Shown here: piece after piece, positions 17,445 to 30,399 of the stretch
Position numbering within the stretch: position 1 is the first letter of the stretch
How the letters are laid out: each line of letters begins with the position of its first letter
NCBI GenBank assembly: GCA_965602195.1
Contig: CBFCYF010000001.1
Span: forward strand, 1 to 63,861
DNA from: an uncultured archaeon
GTDB lineage: Archaea; Altiarchaeota; Altiarchaeia; IMC4; QMZM01
Length of the DNA stretch: 63,861 bases
Direction of reading: 5' to 3'
The notes under the pieces: model-generated
What the model saw: only the letters and a program-made list of their open reading frames with translations
The model's database searches: none
What the model was told of the DNA's origin: nothing
Made by a program: the position numbers and the translations under genes

Positions 17445-19790
17445 ATGCCTTATTGTGTTAACTGCGGTTCTGAGGTCCGTGTTGGTCAGGAAAGATGTGG
17501 AAACTGCGGCAGAAACCCGTGGGAACTGGATCTGTCTGGAGTCAGGGATAAAGAGGAGATAGAAGAAAAGATTGGGGGGTGGAGTGAAAAGTCCACGGTG
17601 GATGAAGGAAAGACGGTGGCGTTCCTGGTTTCTTTTTTTGTTCTTTTTGGAGCTATATTCCTCCTGTTTGGGCTTACCATATGGCAGCTGGGTGTTTTCA
17701 AGCTAGGAACTTCCGGCGGAGCATATGATGAGGGCAGAGGAATGGAGGCAAAAGCTGCATTAGGTCCCACCTACCATGTATATCATGCATTTAATTTTGG
17801 GAACTATGCGGTGCTGGTAGGTATTGCCGGGTTGGCGATGTTGATATATGTGTGGTATTGGATACAGAAGGAGGTTGGGTCTATAAAGGCTCTGTCGCTT
17901 GCAATTTCAGGGATGGTTTTCATAATATGTGCTCTGTTCATATTTATTTTCGGTTTCAACGACCTCCTTACCTACACATCAGGTAATGTCCATATCAAAC
18001 CCACATTCACTCAACAATACGGGTGGCTTATAGAAACCTTTGTCTTCGGGATTATGGGGTATATCCTGATCCATCTAGGTGAGAAGGTAAAATGGGGGGA
18101 GAAAATAGATAAGCCGATGATGTCCTTTATCCTGAAACCCATAGCGTATCTGCTATTGTTTATAGTGATCTATTTTTATCTGGTGGGTGTTGTCCAGATA
18201 TCTGATGCGAATTACACCGACTACAGGGAGAACCTAGCCTATTTGGTGCAGGCGTTAATCTATACGTTTCCCTGCGTTTATCTGATGAAGCATCTTGATA
18301 AATCAGGTGGTGAGTTGAATGTATTCAATGCCGCGAGGATCACGGTTTATCTTCTCATCCTGCCCCTGACATTTATTTATGTAATGGGGGTGCATCAATT
18401 CCTTGACGGGGAAGGTGATTATTTCTGGATACTTAAGGTCGCCATGTATCTGATTCCGGCAGCGGTTTTGACCAGTATCTGCGGGAGGATTGGAAAGGAG
18501 AAACTCAGGAGGAAATATAAATTCTTTGAGGATGTTGCTTTAAGCATACCGGCTTTGATTCTGGTCGGCGCCTCCCTCATGTTATATGTGGGGGAGGTGC
18601 ATAATACCTTCTTTGTCTCTATGTATCATGGATATGATCTGGATTTCAGTTGGTTTACGGAGCTTCTCTTTTTTGTAATACCTGCGATTGCCTTGCTTCT
18701 GAAGTCAAATCAGATAAATAGGGTGGAATTCGGGTACCCCCTCCTCCCATATGTAATGATTGGCGTGGGGTTGATGCTCCTTCTGCCTTCCCTCACCGTG
18801 TATCTGGTGGGCTCCAGTGACATGCTGAATCCAGGTAAATACGAGCTTTACCAGAGGATGGGTGTTGTATTCTCATGGATAATAGAATTTATTTTTTATG
18901 GTATACCCTCAATATCCCTGATTTTTGGGGGAAGCAGACTTTATAGAGCGGATAAGGGAGAAACCCAGGTGTTGAATGCAGTAATAATGTTGGTCTGTAT
19001 GGTCTTCATTCTGGCCTCCCTGTGGGTGTATGTTGCTAATGTGGGCAGGATGGGGGAGGATTATTTTAGTGGTATGGAGGAGAACTGGTTCATAAAGCTT
19101 TTATTTTATGTTGTCCCAGCTATATTGCTTTTAGGAGCCAACCTGTTTTTTGGCGGTAACAGAGAGAAATATCACATCTACAACAGCTATTTGGTTCTCT
19201 CTGCAGGCTTAATCCTGTTGTTTTCTGCTTTAGCTGCTTATGTTGTTGGTGTTCTGAGTCTTGAAGCAGAGGGTGGTGTGGAGTGGATTGTGAGATTTTT
19301 GATGTATCTGGTGCCTGCATCAGCTTTACTTTATTGTGTGAACAGAGTGTGGGTTAAAGTTAAGGGGTATTCTCTAGCATCTAAGCTGCTGGTTCCTTTA
19401 GGGCAGTTGTTTATGTTTTTGTTTCTGGTCCCCTACATTCTCGGAGTCCATGGCGTGTTGAAGGGGGCGAATGATTTCCTGGTGGAGTTCAGCAAGATTA
19501 TGTTGTTTGGTGTTCCGGCTGTGGCGTTGATTGTATCCGGGAACAAGTTAAGGGAGGGTGAGGGAGGCAGGAAAGCCGGTCTTAGGAAATCCACTCTTTT
19601 TATGGGTGTCGTGTTGGCTTTGGCTGCCATATTCTTCTTTGTTTTTGGCCTCCATACTTTCCTCTACAGTCCCCGCCAAGAGGTAGGGGATCTGCTGAGG
19701 TTTTTGCTGGAGACCGGAATGTATGCGGTTGCAGCCATAGTATTTATCTGGATTTCCGAGAAATTTGATAAAATAAAGGAGAATGGATGA
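17445..19790 (+). CDS. zinc-ribbon-headed polytopic membrane protein built from about 9 tandem two-helix modules
   Basis: 781 aa. The N-terminus is CVNCGSEVRVGQERCGNCG. The module W-x3-(L/F)-x-(Y/F)-x-x-P-A-x-x-L followed by a basic loop then recurs about every 70 aa (see findings). Confidence 0.75.
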   Translation: MPYCVNCGSEVRVGQERCGNCGRNPWELDLSGVRDKEEIEEKIGGWSEKSTVDEGKTVAFLVSFFVLFGAIFLLFGLTIWQLGVFKLGTSGGAYDEGRGMEAKAALGPTYHVYHAFNFGNYAVLVGIAGLAMLIYVWYWIQKEVGSIKALSLAISGMVFIICALFIFIFGFNDLLTYTSGNVHIKPTFTQQYGWLIETFVFGIMGYILIHLGEKVKWGEKIDKPMMSFILKPIAYLLLFIVIYFYLVGVVQISDANYTDYRENLAYLVQALIYTFPCVYLMKHLDKSGGELNVFNAARITVYLLILPLTFIYVMGVHQFLDGEGDYFWILKVAMYLIPAAVLTSICGRIGKEKLRRKYKFFEDVALSIPALILVGASLMLYVGEVHNTFFVSMYHGYDLDFSWFTELLFFVIPAIALLLKSNQINRVEFGYPLLPYVMIGVGLMLLLPSLTVYLVGSSDMLNPGKYELYQRMGVVFSWIIEFIFYGIPSISLIFGGSRLYRADKGETQVLNAVIMLVCMVFILASLWVYVANVGRMGEDYFSGMEENWFIKLLFYVVPAILLLGANLFFGGNREKYHIYNSYLVLSAGLILLFSALAAYVVGVLSLEAEGGVEWIVRFLMYLVPASALLYCVNRVWVKVKGYSLASKLLVPLGQLFMFLFLVPYILGVHGVLKGANDFLVEFSKIMLFGVPAVALIVSGNKLREGEGGRKAGLRKSTLFMGVVLALAAIFFFVFGLHTFLYSPRQEVGDLLRFLLETGMYAVAAIVFIWISEKFDKIKENG

Positions 19791-20742
19791 CATAAAAACG
19801 CTTTTAAAGTCCTGCCTGGTTACCGCAACTATTTCTGCGGTTTTGATCTTTCTCATAGGCTTGGTGCCTCCGCTTCTCTCGTACTTTAAGGGAGAGATAC
19901 CCTCGTTTCTTCAGCGGGAGGGTACGGCGTACCTGTACATTGTTATGATGGCACTCCTCTACATTCTCCCAGCATTCATAGGCGTTTTCTCTCTGTGGCT
20001 TTACAGGAGGTATGGAGGCAGATTGAACCCGGCCTCCTTTTTTATGATAATAGTCCTGACTGTTTTTTTCTATGAGGTTTTAGCTAGTGTTCCGGGGATT
20101 ATCGTAGGCATAGTGATGATGTTTTTCTATCTTTGGTCTGCGCATCTTGGAGGTAGGGAGTATATGTTTGGCCTCATGTCCCTTCCAGTTATATTAATAT
20201 CTGCTGTAGTCGGTGTGATTCTCGGCTTCTTTATATATTTTTTCCTGAACATTATTTTTGCGGCGATATGTTTATGGTTTATCCTGGATCCGCAGGAGAA
20301 AAAAGCTTTCGGCGGGGAGAGGACGGTTAAGATTATATCTTCTGTGGCTGGGGGTTTGGTTGTTTTGGCGGTAGTGTTTGTTGTTGTCGCCGGCTATTTC
20401 ATGTATTCTTATGCGACCCGGCCACTATCACCAGGAGGACCGAGAACAAGCGGGTTTGGAGCGGTGAAGCCTATTGACCACGGGAGTCCTGGCTCCGGGA
20501 ATCTGGAGGTGGTTTTTATGAATGCCGCTGGGTCGACGATTGATTTTAATGTGAGTGTTGGCGGAACAACGGCGGCGGGGGGTTCGGTGGCTGCCGGCGA
20601 TACTGAGACACTGTCTCTTTCGCATCCCAGTATCTGTCCTGCGGGTGTAGATTCCTATGATGTTAAAATGAACGTTACATACATCAACAGAATCACTGGT
20701 TTAACCCACACCAGTACGGGGCGGGTGTGGGGTCCCTGCTGA
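19783..20742 (+). CDS. polytopic membrane protein with C-terminal Gly/Ser/Thr-rich soluble beta domain
   Basis: 319 aa. The start overlaps the upstream stop by 8 nt (ATGGATGA). About 6 TM are followed by a roughly 110-aa domain, GNLEVVFMNAAGSTIDFNVSVGG...VTYINRITGLTHTSTGRVWG. Confidence 0.7.
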   Translation: MDDIKTLLKSCLVTATISAVLIFLIGLVPPLLSYFKGEIPSFLQREGTAYLYIVMMALLYILPAFIGVFSLWLYRRYGGRLNPASFFMIIVLTVFFYEVLASVPGIIVGIVMMFFYLWSAHLGGREYMFGLMSLPVILISAVVGVILGFFIYFFLNIIFAAICLWFILDPQEKKAFGGERTVKIISSVAGGLVVLAVVFVVVAGYFMYSYATRPLSPGGPRTSGFGAVKPIDHGSPGSGNLEVVFMNAAGSTIDFNVSVGGTTAAGGSVAAGDTETLSLSHPSICPAGVDSYDVKMNVTYINRITGLTHTSTGRVWGPC

Positions 20743-20749
20743 GGTCACT

Positions 20750-21094
20750 ATGCCGTATATAGACTCCTACGAATTCGGGAGGATTGTAATCGATGGCAGG
20801 AAATACACACAGGATGTTATAATCTCCGGGGACAAGATCAGAGATAAGTGGTGGAGGAAGGAAGGACACATGCTGCACAAGGAAGATATCGGGGAGATAT
20901 TGGATGAGGAGCCGGAAGTCCTTATCATAGGAACCGGAGCATATGGTGTTATGAAGGTCTCAGGGGAAGTCACGGAGTTACTGGAGAGCAGAGGCATTGA
21001 GTTCAGGATAGAGAAAACAGGGGACGCATGCAGGCTCTATAACGAGATCTCAAAGGAGAAAAACGTGGTTGCAGCACTACACCTAACCTGTTAG
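20750..21094 (+). CDS. Mth938-domain protein (DUF498 / NDUFAF3-like)
   Basis: 114 aa. The pattern IDSYEFGRIVIDGRKYTQDVII...VLIIGTGAYGVMKV...IEFRIEKTGDACRLYNE is characteristic of the Mth938 family. Confidence 0.8.
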   Translation: MPYIDSYEFGRIVIDGRKYTQDVIISGDKIRDKWWRKEGHMLHKEDIGEILDEEPEVLIIGTGAYGVMKVSGEVTELLESRGIEFRIEKTGDACRLYNEISKEKNVVAALHLTC

Positions 21095-21580
21095 GATCTT
21101 CCGTGCTATCCTGAAATCCCTCCCTGAATGCACGACTAAGAGTACCTCCTTGATATTCATAACACTACACGTTTTTATTTCATCGATTATTATCCTAGCC
21201 CCCTTTGCTATAGGGAACCCAGCAATTCCGCAACCGAGGCAGGGCATCGCCACAGTTCTGCAATTTAATCTATCTGCTCTTTTCAGGGCATTTCTAACGC
21301 AGTTTCTGATACTCTCCCCGGTAGCGTTTCTCGTTCCATAATCAGGCATTGATGCCGCATGAATCACATACTTTGCTTTTAACCGGTACGCTTCGGTAAC
21401 AACAGCCTCCCCCAGTGGAATGGGTCCCTGAGCCACAGCGTCTCTTTCAATCTCCTGCCCGCCCGCCCTCTTCAAGGCCCCTGCAACACCACCGCCCATC
21501 ATCAGGGAGGTGCCGGCCGCATTAACTATAGCATCAGCCTCTACATCACATATATCCTGCTTTCTGAGAGTGATTTTCAT
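21083..21580 (-). CDS. macro-domain protein (ADP-ribose / O-acetyl-ADP-ribose binding or hydrolase)
   Basis: 165 aa counted from the internal ATG at 21580: MKITLRKQDICDVEADAIVNAAGTSLMMGGGVAGAL...YVIHAASMP...GCGIAGFP. The ORF-track extension to 21907 overlaps the PfkB gene and looks non-coding. Confidence 0.85.
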   Translation of the reverse strand: MKITLRKQDICDVEADAIVNAAGTSLMMGGGVAGALKRAGGQEIERDAVAQGPIPLGEAVVTEAYRLKAKYVIHAASMPDYGTRNATGESIRNCVRNALKRADRLNCRTVAMPCLGCGIAGFPIAKGARIIIDEIKTCSVMNIKEVLLVVHSGRDFRIARKILTG

Positions 21581-21632
21581 GTAATCCCCCGATATACTGA
21601 TTAAATACCTATAGATAAAAACAACAAGGAAG

Positions 21633-22517
21633 ATGGATGTAGTGGGCTTTGGGGCTCTTAATCTGGACAGGCTGTATGGGGTTGAGAAACTGGCTGGAAG
21701 AGGAGAGCATGAGGAAATCACCGATGTGAGGGAGTCTCCCGGGGGATCCGCCGCCAACACCATATCCGGGTTGGCAAAACTGGGCTTAGAGACAGGCTTT
21801 ATCGGAGCAGTTGGAGACGACCCGGAAGGCAGGATCCTGATTGATTCATTCACCGAAGATGATGTAGATACCAGGGGAATAAGCATAATCAAGGGAAGAA
21901 CCGGCATAGTAATCGGGTTCGTGGACTCTGAAGGGGAGAGAACCCTCTACCCCTACCCGGGCGTAAATAATGAGATCAGGTTTAGGCATGTGGATGTTGG
22001 ATATGTGAAGAAGGCGAGGATTCTACACCTGAGTTCCTTCGTTAACAGGGAACAATTCAAGACCCAGAAGAGATTAGTTAGGGAGGTATATCCGGAGGTT
22101 GAGATAAGCTTCAGTCCCGGGATATTGTACGCAAGATTTGGGCTCAGGGAACTGAAAACAGTAATAGGAAGGAGTAGGGTGGTGTTCCTGAATGATTCCG
22201 AGATCAGAGAAATTACCGACAAAGAATACGTGGAGGGAAGCAGGATACTGGTGGATGCGGGGGCCCAGGTTATAGTGGTAACTCTCGGAGGGAAGGGGTG
22301 CTTCATCACAGACGGTAAAGATTCTTATAGGATAAAGGCTGTTCCCACAAGGGTTGTTGACACCACCGGGGCAGGAGATGCCTTTGCAGCCGGTTTCCTC
22401 TACGCGTTGATAAAAGAGAAATCAATAAAAGACGCAGGGGAAATAGGGAACAAATTAGCCTCCCTGTGCATCCAGGAATTCGGGGCAAGATGCGGCCTGC
22501 CAAGACAACTAGATTAA
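21633..22517 (+). CDS. PfkB/ribokinase-family carbohydrate kinase
   Basis: 294 aa with the N-terminal GGSAANT motif and the C-terminal DTTGAGDAFAAGFLYAL signature. Confidence 0.85.
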   Translation: MDVVGFGALNLDRLYGVEKLAGRGEHEEITDVRESPGGSAANTISGLAKLGLETGFIGAVGDDPEGRILIDSFTEDDVDTRGISIIKGRTGIVIGFVDSEGERTLYPYPGVNNEIRFRHVDVGYVKKARILHLSSFVNREQFKTQKRLVREVYPEVEISFSPGILYARFGLRELKTVIGRSRVVFLNDSEIREITDKEYVEGSRILVDAGAQVIVVTLGGKGCFITDGKDSYRIKAVPTRVVDTTGAGDAFAAGFLYALIKEKSIKDAGEIGNKLASLCIQEFGARCGLPRQLD

Positions 22518-22554
22518 ATAAGAAAAAGAAAGAAAAAAGAAAAATCAGACTGCG

Positions 22555-24210
22555 CTACATGGGGGGCATTCCGCCCATTCCGCCCATTCCGCCCATCGCA
22601 GCCATGTCTGCGGGTGAAGGTCCTCTTGACTTGGATCCTGCGATCACATCATCTATTCGCAGAATCATCTCCGCTGCCTCTGACGCTGACTTCACTGCCT
22701 GGGTTTTTATAAGCAAGGGCTCGATAACACCAGCCTTCCACATGTCTCCCACTTTGTTCTCTAAAACCAAGACGCCATGGTTAATTTGGTCTTTCTCGTG
22801 TTTAGCTCTTAGTTCCACAAGAGTATCTATGGCATCCATTCCAGCGCTTTCTGCGAGTGTTCGGGGGATTATCTCCACCGCTTCTGCGAATGCAGCTATG
22901 GCCAGTTGCTCTCTTCCACCGACTGTGTCTGCGTACTCCCTGAGTCTCCTGGCGAGTTCAATCTCAACTGCACCGCCTCCAGCTACTACCTTTCCGTACT
23001 CGATCGCAGCGGCAACCCCACCTAAAGCATCGTGAATTGCTCTCTCTACCTCATCAACCACGTGCTCTGTACCTCCTCTCACAAGTAAACTCACAGCCTT
23101 AGGGTTTTTGCATCCGCTCACAAAAACCATCTCATCCCCTGAAACCTTCTTCTCCTCAATATCTGCGGCGTAACCCAGATCCTTAGCGTTTAGATCCTTC
23201 AGGTTGGTGACTATGGTGGCTCCAGTAGCTTTCACCAGTTTCTCCATATCTGACTTCTTTGCTCTTCTGATCGCAAAAATGCCTTTTTTTGCCAGGAAGT
23301 GCTGGGCCAGGTCATCGATGCCTTTCTGGCAGAATACTACGGTGGCTCCGGATTTGGCTATTGCCTCAACCATATCCTTTAACTGTTTTTCTTCCTGAGC
23401 GATGAAGCCCTCCAGTTGACTTGGATCGGTTAGCTGTATTTTAGCATCAGTTTCGGTTTCCTTGATCTCTATAGCTGAGTTAATCAAAGCAATTTTGCCT
23501 CCAGAAACCCTTCTGGGCATACCTGGATGTACTCTCTCCTTATCAACTATTATGCCCTGGATTAATTCAGCATCAGCTATGCTTCCTCCCTGCTTTTTCT
23601 CAACCTTCACGTTGTCCAGATCAACAACCCATTCTCCATCCTCTTTCTCTGCTATCTGTTTCACAGCAGTCACACATAAATCAGCCAGCAATTCCTTGGA
23701 GGCTTCCGCTCCCTTCCCTGTCATGGCTGTTATTGCTATCTCAGTCAAAAGCTTTTCGTCTTTGATTCCCACATCTCTTCCGATATCATTAAGAATCTCA
23801 TCTGCTTTGATTGCTGCCATCCTGTATCCCTTGCCTATTACTGTGGGGTGTACATTTTTCTCCAGGAGGTCCTCGGCGTTCCCCAGCAGTCCTCCGACGA
23901 GAACTACTGCGGTTGTTGTTCCGTCGCCCACCTCATCATCCTGGGTTTTAGCAACCTCCACAATCATCTTGGCTGCAGGATGCTCTATGTTCATCTCATC
24001 CACTATGGTGGCTCCGTCGTTTGTGATGACGACATCTCCCAGATCATCCACCAGCATTTTATCCATCCCTCTTGGTCCAAGAGTGGTTCTTATGCTTTCA
24101 GCCACGGCTTTGGCAGCCCCAATATTTACTCTCTGTGCGTCTTTTCCTGTGGTTCTCAATGCCCCCTCGGGCAGTATAAGTACCGGTTGTCCATTCATTT
24201 TTATATTCAC
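22555..24210 (-). CDS. ths: thermosome subunit (group II chaperonin)
   Basis: 551 aa containing [31 protein letters not shown] and a C-terminal [12 protein letters not shown] tail. Confidence 0.95.
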   Translation of the reverse strand: MNIKMNGQPVLILPEGALRTTGKDAQRVNIGAAKAVAESIRTTLGPRGMDKMLVDDLGDVVITNDGATIVDEMNIEHPAAKMIVEVAKTQDDEVGDGTTTAVVLVGGLLGNAEDLLEKNVHPTVIGKGYRMAAIKADEILNDIGRDVGIKDEKLLTEIAITAMTGKGAEASKELLADLCVTAVKQIAEKEDGEWVVDLDNVKVEKKQGGSIADAELIQGIIVDKERVHPGMPRRVSGGKIALINSAIEIKETETDAKIQLTDPSQLEGFIAQEEKQLKDMVEAIAKSGATVVFCQKGIDDLAQHFLAKKGIFAIRRAKKSDMEKLVKATGATIVTNLKDLNAKDLGYAADIEEKKVSGDEMVFVSGCKNPKAVSLLVRGGTEHVVDEVERAIHDALGGVAAAIEYGKVVAGGGAVEIELARRLREYADTVGGREQLAIAAFAEAVEIIPRTLAESAGMDAIDTLVELRAKHEKDQINHGVLVLENKVGDMWKAGVIEPLLIKTQAVKSASEAAEMILRIDDVIAGSKSRGPSPADMAAMGGMGGMGGMPPM

Positions 24211-24369
24211 CTATTTTTTTATTTTAAATAAAACGGATTTATGTAGTGATTTGTTATGGGTTTGAGTGTCGATTCATCCCTTTTATTTTACCCGCAGATT
24301 GCCAACCACGCATAAAAAGAGAAGTTTATTGACGAGATAATTCATAGGTTTAAGTGTTTATAAATACCC

Positions 24370-25287
24370 CTAATTTTCCGCAACAATCTCTATGAGCTCC
24401 CTGGAATCTTTTATATCAATCAACTCCCTTGGTTTAATTAAAGGTATATCAACATCCTGCTTCCTTTCACTTACACACACCCTGTAAGAGCCGATAATCT
24501 GTGAGACCTCATTCACCACCTCTATCTTCCTCCCCAGGCGTCTTGTGTCATTACTAATTAAGGTCAAAATCCTCTTATCACAGGATACCTCATCCGCTAC
24601 TATATCGAAGGGGGCGATGGTGGACAGCACCTCAAAACCCATGTTTTCTAAGCCCCCCATAACCGCCCTCTTCAGGTGAGTCAGGTTTTCAGTAATGTGA
24701 GTCTTATCCACCTCACGGTGTTTATCAGATACCAGCAGTTCCCGAGGAACACGTATATCCTCATCCAACATCTCCATCAGCCTGTTTGCGACATCCAGGG
24801 AGATCTTCCCCGACTTCTCATATCTGTAGATGCTCTGCTTCGACACCCCTAATTTATATGCAAGCTCCCGTTGGGTCATACTACGGATCTTTCTTAATTC
24901 CACAAGCAGCTTGGAGTTGATAGTCACACAATAATCGCCTCTTATAGAGTACACCACAGGCATTCTCCCCTCGAGAACTCTTTTAAGGGTTCTCATATGG
25001 ACCACATGGATGCCATATCTCTCATAGACTGTTCCGGTAGAAAGCGTAGTTGATTTCATACACTCACCTACAAGCAGTGGAATCCCGGACACCAAGGCAG
25101 CTATTCTTCCAAGCTCAAAGGCATTCTCTCGGCCAAAGCCTTCGATATTCGATAGAATCTTGATCAAAAGTAAATTCTCTTTTTTCGCCAGAAGATCAAA
25201 TGAACTCCGTATACCGCTGCAATCAGCAACCATGAATCCATTATCCTCCAATAATCCGATTGTCTCCTGTATAATGCGCCCTCTCAT
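24370..25287 (-). CDS. archaeal putative HTH-type (XRE/cro-C1) transcriptional regulator, about 300-aa family
   Basis: 305 aa. A central HTH LRKIRSMTQRELAYKLGVSKQSIYRYEKSG is flanked by conserved N- and C-terminal domains, as in the archaea-wide family of putative HTH-type transcriptional regulatory proteins. Confidence 0.75.
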   Translation of the reverse strand: MRGRIIQETIGLLEDNGFMVADCSGIRSSFDLLAKKENLLLIKILSNIEGFGRENAFELGRIAALVSGIPLLVGECMKSTTLSTGTVYERYGIHVVHMRTLKRVLEGRMPVVYSIRGDYCVTINSKLLVELRKIRSMTQRELAYKLGVSKQSIYRYEKSGKISLDVANRLMEMLDEDIRVPRELLVSDKHREVDKTHITENLTHLKRAVMGGLENMGFEVLSTIAPFDIVADEVSCDKRILTLISNDTRRLGRKIEVVNEVSQIIGSYRVCVSERKQDVDIPLIKPRELIDIKDSRELIEIVAEN

Positions 25288-25289
25288 TT

Positions 25290-26678
25290 TTACTCTATAA
25301 ACGTCTTATGTAATGCCTTCACCACCCGGCCACCATCTTCCTCATTCACCATAAAAGATATATTTACCTCAGATGAACCCTGAGCTATCATGATTATATT
25401 CGCATCTTCATCCGCTACTGTCTTGAATATCTCTGCAGCCAACCCTTTAGTGCCATGCATCCCCACCCCAACCACAGCTACTATGCACACATCTTCTATT
25501 AACTCCAGTTCCCGAATACCATTATCCACAAAGTTTTCATTTAATAATCCTATCACGTCATTCAGGAACTCCTTTTTTATGACAAAAGACAGGTTGGATT
25601 CCAGAGACCCGGATATCATCAGCGGACTTATGTTGTTGTCCCCTAACGTCGTGAAAAGCCTTCCGGGAATGTCTGGGATTTCCGCCATACCCACCCCCTT
25701 CAGGTTAACTATACCCACATCCTTGTGCATTGTAACAGCCTTTATCACACCTTCAGCCTTTTCCTGTTCCCTCACTATGACAGTACCAGTTCCCTGCGGA
25801 TTGAATGTGTTCTTGATAATTACTGAGATATCAGCGTCCATGGCTGGCTCGATCATTTTGGGGTGGATTACTTTTGCCCCAAAGTACGCCAAATCCACCG
25901 CCTCGATATGAGAGAGCGCAGGTATTAATCTGGCTGATTTTACTATCTTAGGGTCTGCGGTTAGGATACCATCCACATCAGTCCATATCTGCACCTCATC
26001 CGCCCCCAGATACCTAGCTATCAATGATGCAGTATAGTCTGAACCTCCCCTGCCCATAGTAGTCATAGTACCGTTTTTATCGGCGGCTATGAATCCAGTA
26101 ACCACCGGAAGAATTTTTTTACCTAGGAGAGGCCCCAAATTATCCTTAATCCTATGCTCAAGCTCCCTGAGAATCGGTCTGGCGTGTCCAAACCTGGAAT
26201 CTGTGAGAATACCTGCCTCATATCCAGTTAATGCCATTGAATTAACACCCGATGCATTAAACGCCCCGGACAAAAGTAATACAGAGAATCTCTCACCGAA
26301 AGATAGAATGTAGTCAAGTGATTTAGGGGACAGATCCTCCAAGTAACCGACCCCCAGTAAAGTAGTCTTCAGATCCTCAGCTAACTCAGAGATATCATTT
26401 TTTGTTTTATCTAGGATCTCACCACCCCCTATGACAACCTCTGCTGTAGACATATATTTTTCCAGAATCTCCTGATGGAATTTATCCACCTCCTTTCTCA
26501 CAACAGCAGTTGGGAGATTAATTACCCTCTTGGATATCTCAACTAAATTATTTGTAACCCCCGCCATCGCAGATACAACCACCACCTTCCCACCTGATTC
26601 ACTGTTCACTATCTCAACAACCCTCTTAATCTCCCTGCCAGAAGCCAGCGAGGTCCCACCAAACTTCATCACCATCAT
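25290..26678 (-). CDS. lysC: aspartate kinase
   Basis: 462 aa containing KFGGTSLASG and GRGGSDYTA, with tandem C-terminal ACT domains. Confidence 0.9.
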   Translation of the reverse strand: MMVMKFGGTSLASGREIKRVVEIVNSESGGKVVVVSAMAGVTNNLVEISKRVINLPTAVVRKEVDKFHQEILEKYMSTAEVVIGGGEILDKTKNDISELAEDLKTTLLGVGYLEDLSPKSLDYILSFGERFSVLLLSGAFNASGVNSMALTGYEAGILTDSRFGHARPILRELEHRIKDNLGPLLGKKILPVVTGFIAADKNGTMTTMGRGGSDYTASLIARYLGADEVQIWTDVDGILTADPKIVKSARLIPALSHIEAVDLAYFGAKVIHPKMIEPAMDADISVIIKNTFNPQGTGTVIVREQEKAEGVIKAVTMHKDVGIVNLKGVGMAEIPDIPGRLFTTLGDNNISPLMISGSLESNLSFVIKKEFLNDVIGLLNENFVDNGIRELELIEDVCIVAVVGVGMHGTKGLAAEIFKTVADEDANIIMIAQGSSEVNISFMVNEEDGGRVVKALHKTFIE

Positions 26679-26738
26679 TTTAGAGATATTGGATATTCAA
26701 GATTAAATAACAACCCATTAGTAGCGATGCCCAGCCCC

Positions 26739-27203
26739 TGTCGCAGTTTCTCTCGGAGTTAGCCGAGGACTAATGTGTGTTTCGCTTCGCTCAAGCACAC
26801 TGAATGAATTCAATTCAAATTTAATTCAATGGGGCTGAACAAAATGAACGCCCCACCTTTCGCCAGCCTTTATTAAAGGCTGCTCGGAGTTAGCCGACGA
26901 CTAAGGTGCGGCATGCGCTCCCACAGTCGCTTAGCCACACCGAACAAATAAGCAAATTACAGTTAATGCAGAGCCACTAGCATATGTGGCTCGTTTTGAT
27001 CGACCTTTTATTGAAAGGTCGACAGTGGTGTTAGCCCATGTCGCAGTTTCGCGACGGGAAAGGTGCGGCATGCGCTCCTCTCAGTCGCTTAGCCACACCG
27101 AACAAGTAAATAACTGATTATTAAGACAGAGCCACTAGCCAGTAGCGTATGTGGCTCGTTTTAATCGACCTTTTATTAAAAGGTCGGCAGTGGTGTTAGC
27201 CCA
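26739..27203 (+). repeat. three tandem units of about 157-164 bp of a hairpin-bearing repeat (one diverged, two about 90% identical)
   Basis: Units start near 26739, 26903 and 27060. Shared blocks are aaggtgcggcatgcgctcc-N-cagtcgcttagccacaccgaacaa, the hairpin gagccac...gtggctc, the palindrome cgaccttttattRaaaggtcg, and the box cagtggtgttagccca. Confidence 0.85.
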
Positions 27204-27397
27204 TCTTCTGTCAGCCTATCCTATCGCCTAAGGCAATATCTGGCCGTGTAGCATTCGTCTAAGCACCTAAAAAAGGCTTGCATCCGGTGGGATATCCCCG
27301 TTTCACAAACCCACACACATCTTCATACTTATAGAATCACTATCACCTGTGGGTGGGTCTCTCGTCTCTGTGGATAATCCTTAATTTTCATTAAGTC

Positions 27398-27405
27398 AAA
27401 AAAAA
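27398..27405 (-). terminator. T8 tract downstream of 23S (archaeal oligo-T terminator candidate)
   Basis: A plus-strand A8 run gives T8 on the rRNA strand, about 110 nt past the 23S 3' end. A second T6 lies at 27270-27275. Confidence 0.45.
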
Positions 27406-27516
27406 GACCACTTTAGATGGATGGATGGAACTTCCTCACCTCAAATGAGGCGGACGCTACCTCACCACTACCTGGAAACTAAGGATAGTACATGCAGATA
27501 ACTTATCGCTAGGAAT

Positions 27517-30399
<2,883 letters not shown>

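Noticed and set aside
21581-21907. The N-terminal extension of the macro-domain ORF (track start 21907).
   Set aside because: The extension overlaps the convergent or divergent PfkB start region and is low-complexity (PLVSTSSSV...). The macro domain begins at the internal Met (21580).
22466-24265. Long plus-strand ORFs (189, 267, 127 and 64 aa) inside the thermosome locus.
   Set aside because: They are antisense to a highly conserved chaperonin gene. Their translations are Ser/Pro/Ala/Thr-rich low-complexity strings typical of shadow ORFs.
26739-27203. A CRISPR array.
   Set aside because: The units are about 157-164 bp with internal hairpins and there is no alternation of short repeat and unique spacer. 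No cas genes are present in the window.
26700-27500. A 5S rRNA gene downstream of the 23S. Strings such as CCACACCGAAC and GGCTAAGC in the repeat units superficially recall 5S loop and helix motifs.
   Set aside because: No segment on either strand can be laid onto the 5S consensus (helix I closure, GAAC...AAGTTAAGC...GTACTG spacing). The motif also occurs in tandem degenerate copies, which is not expected for a functional 5S. An Infernal scan is needed to be certain.
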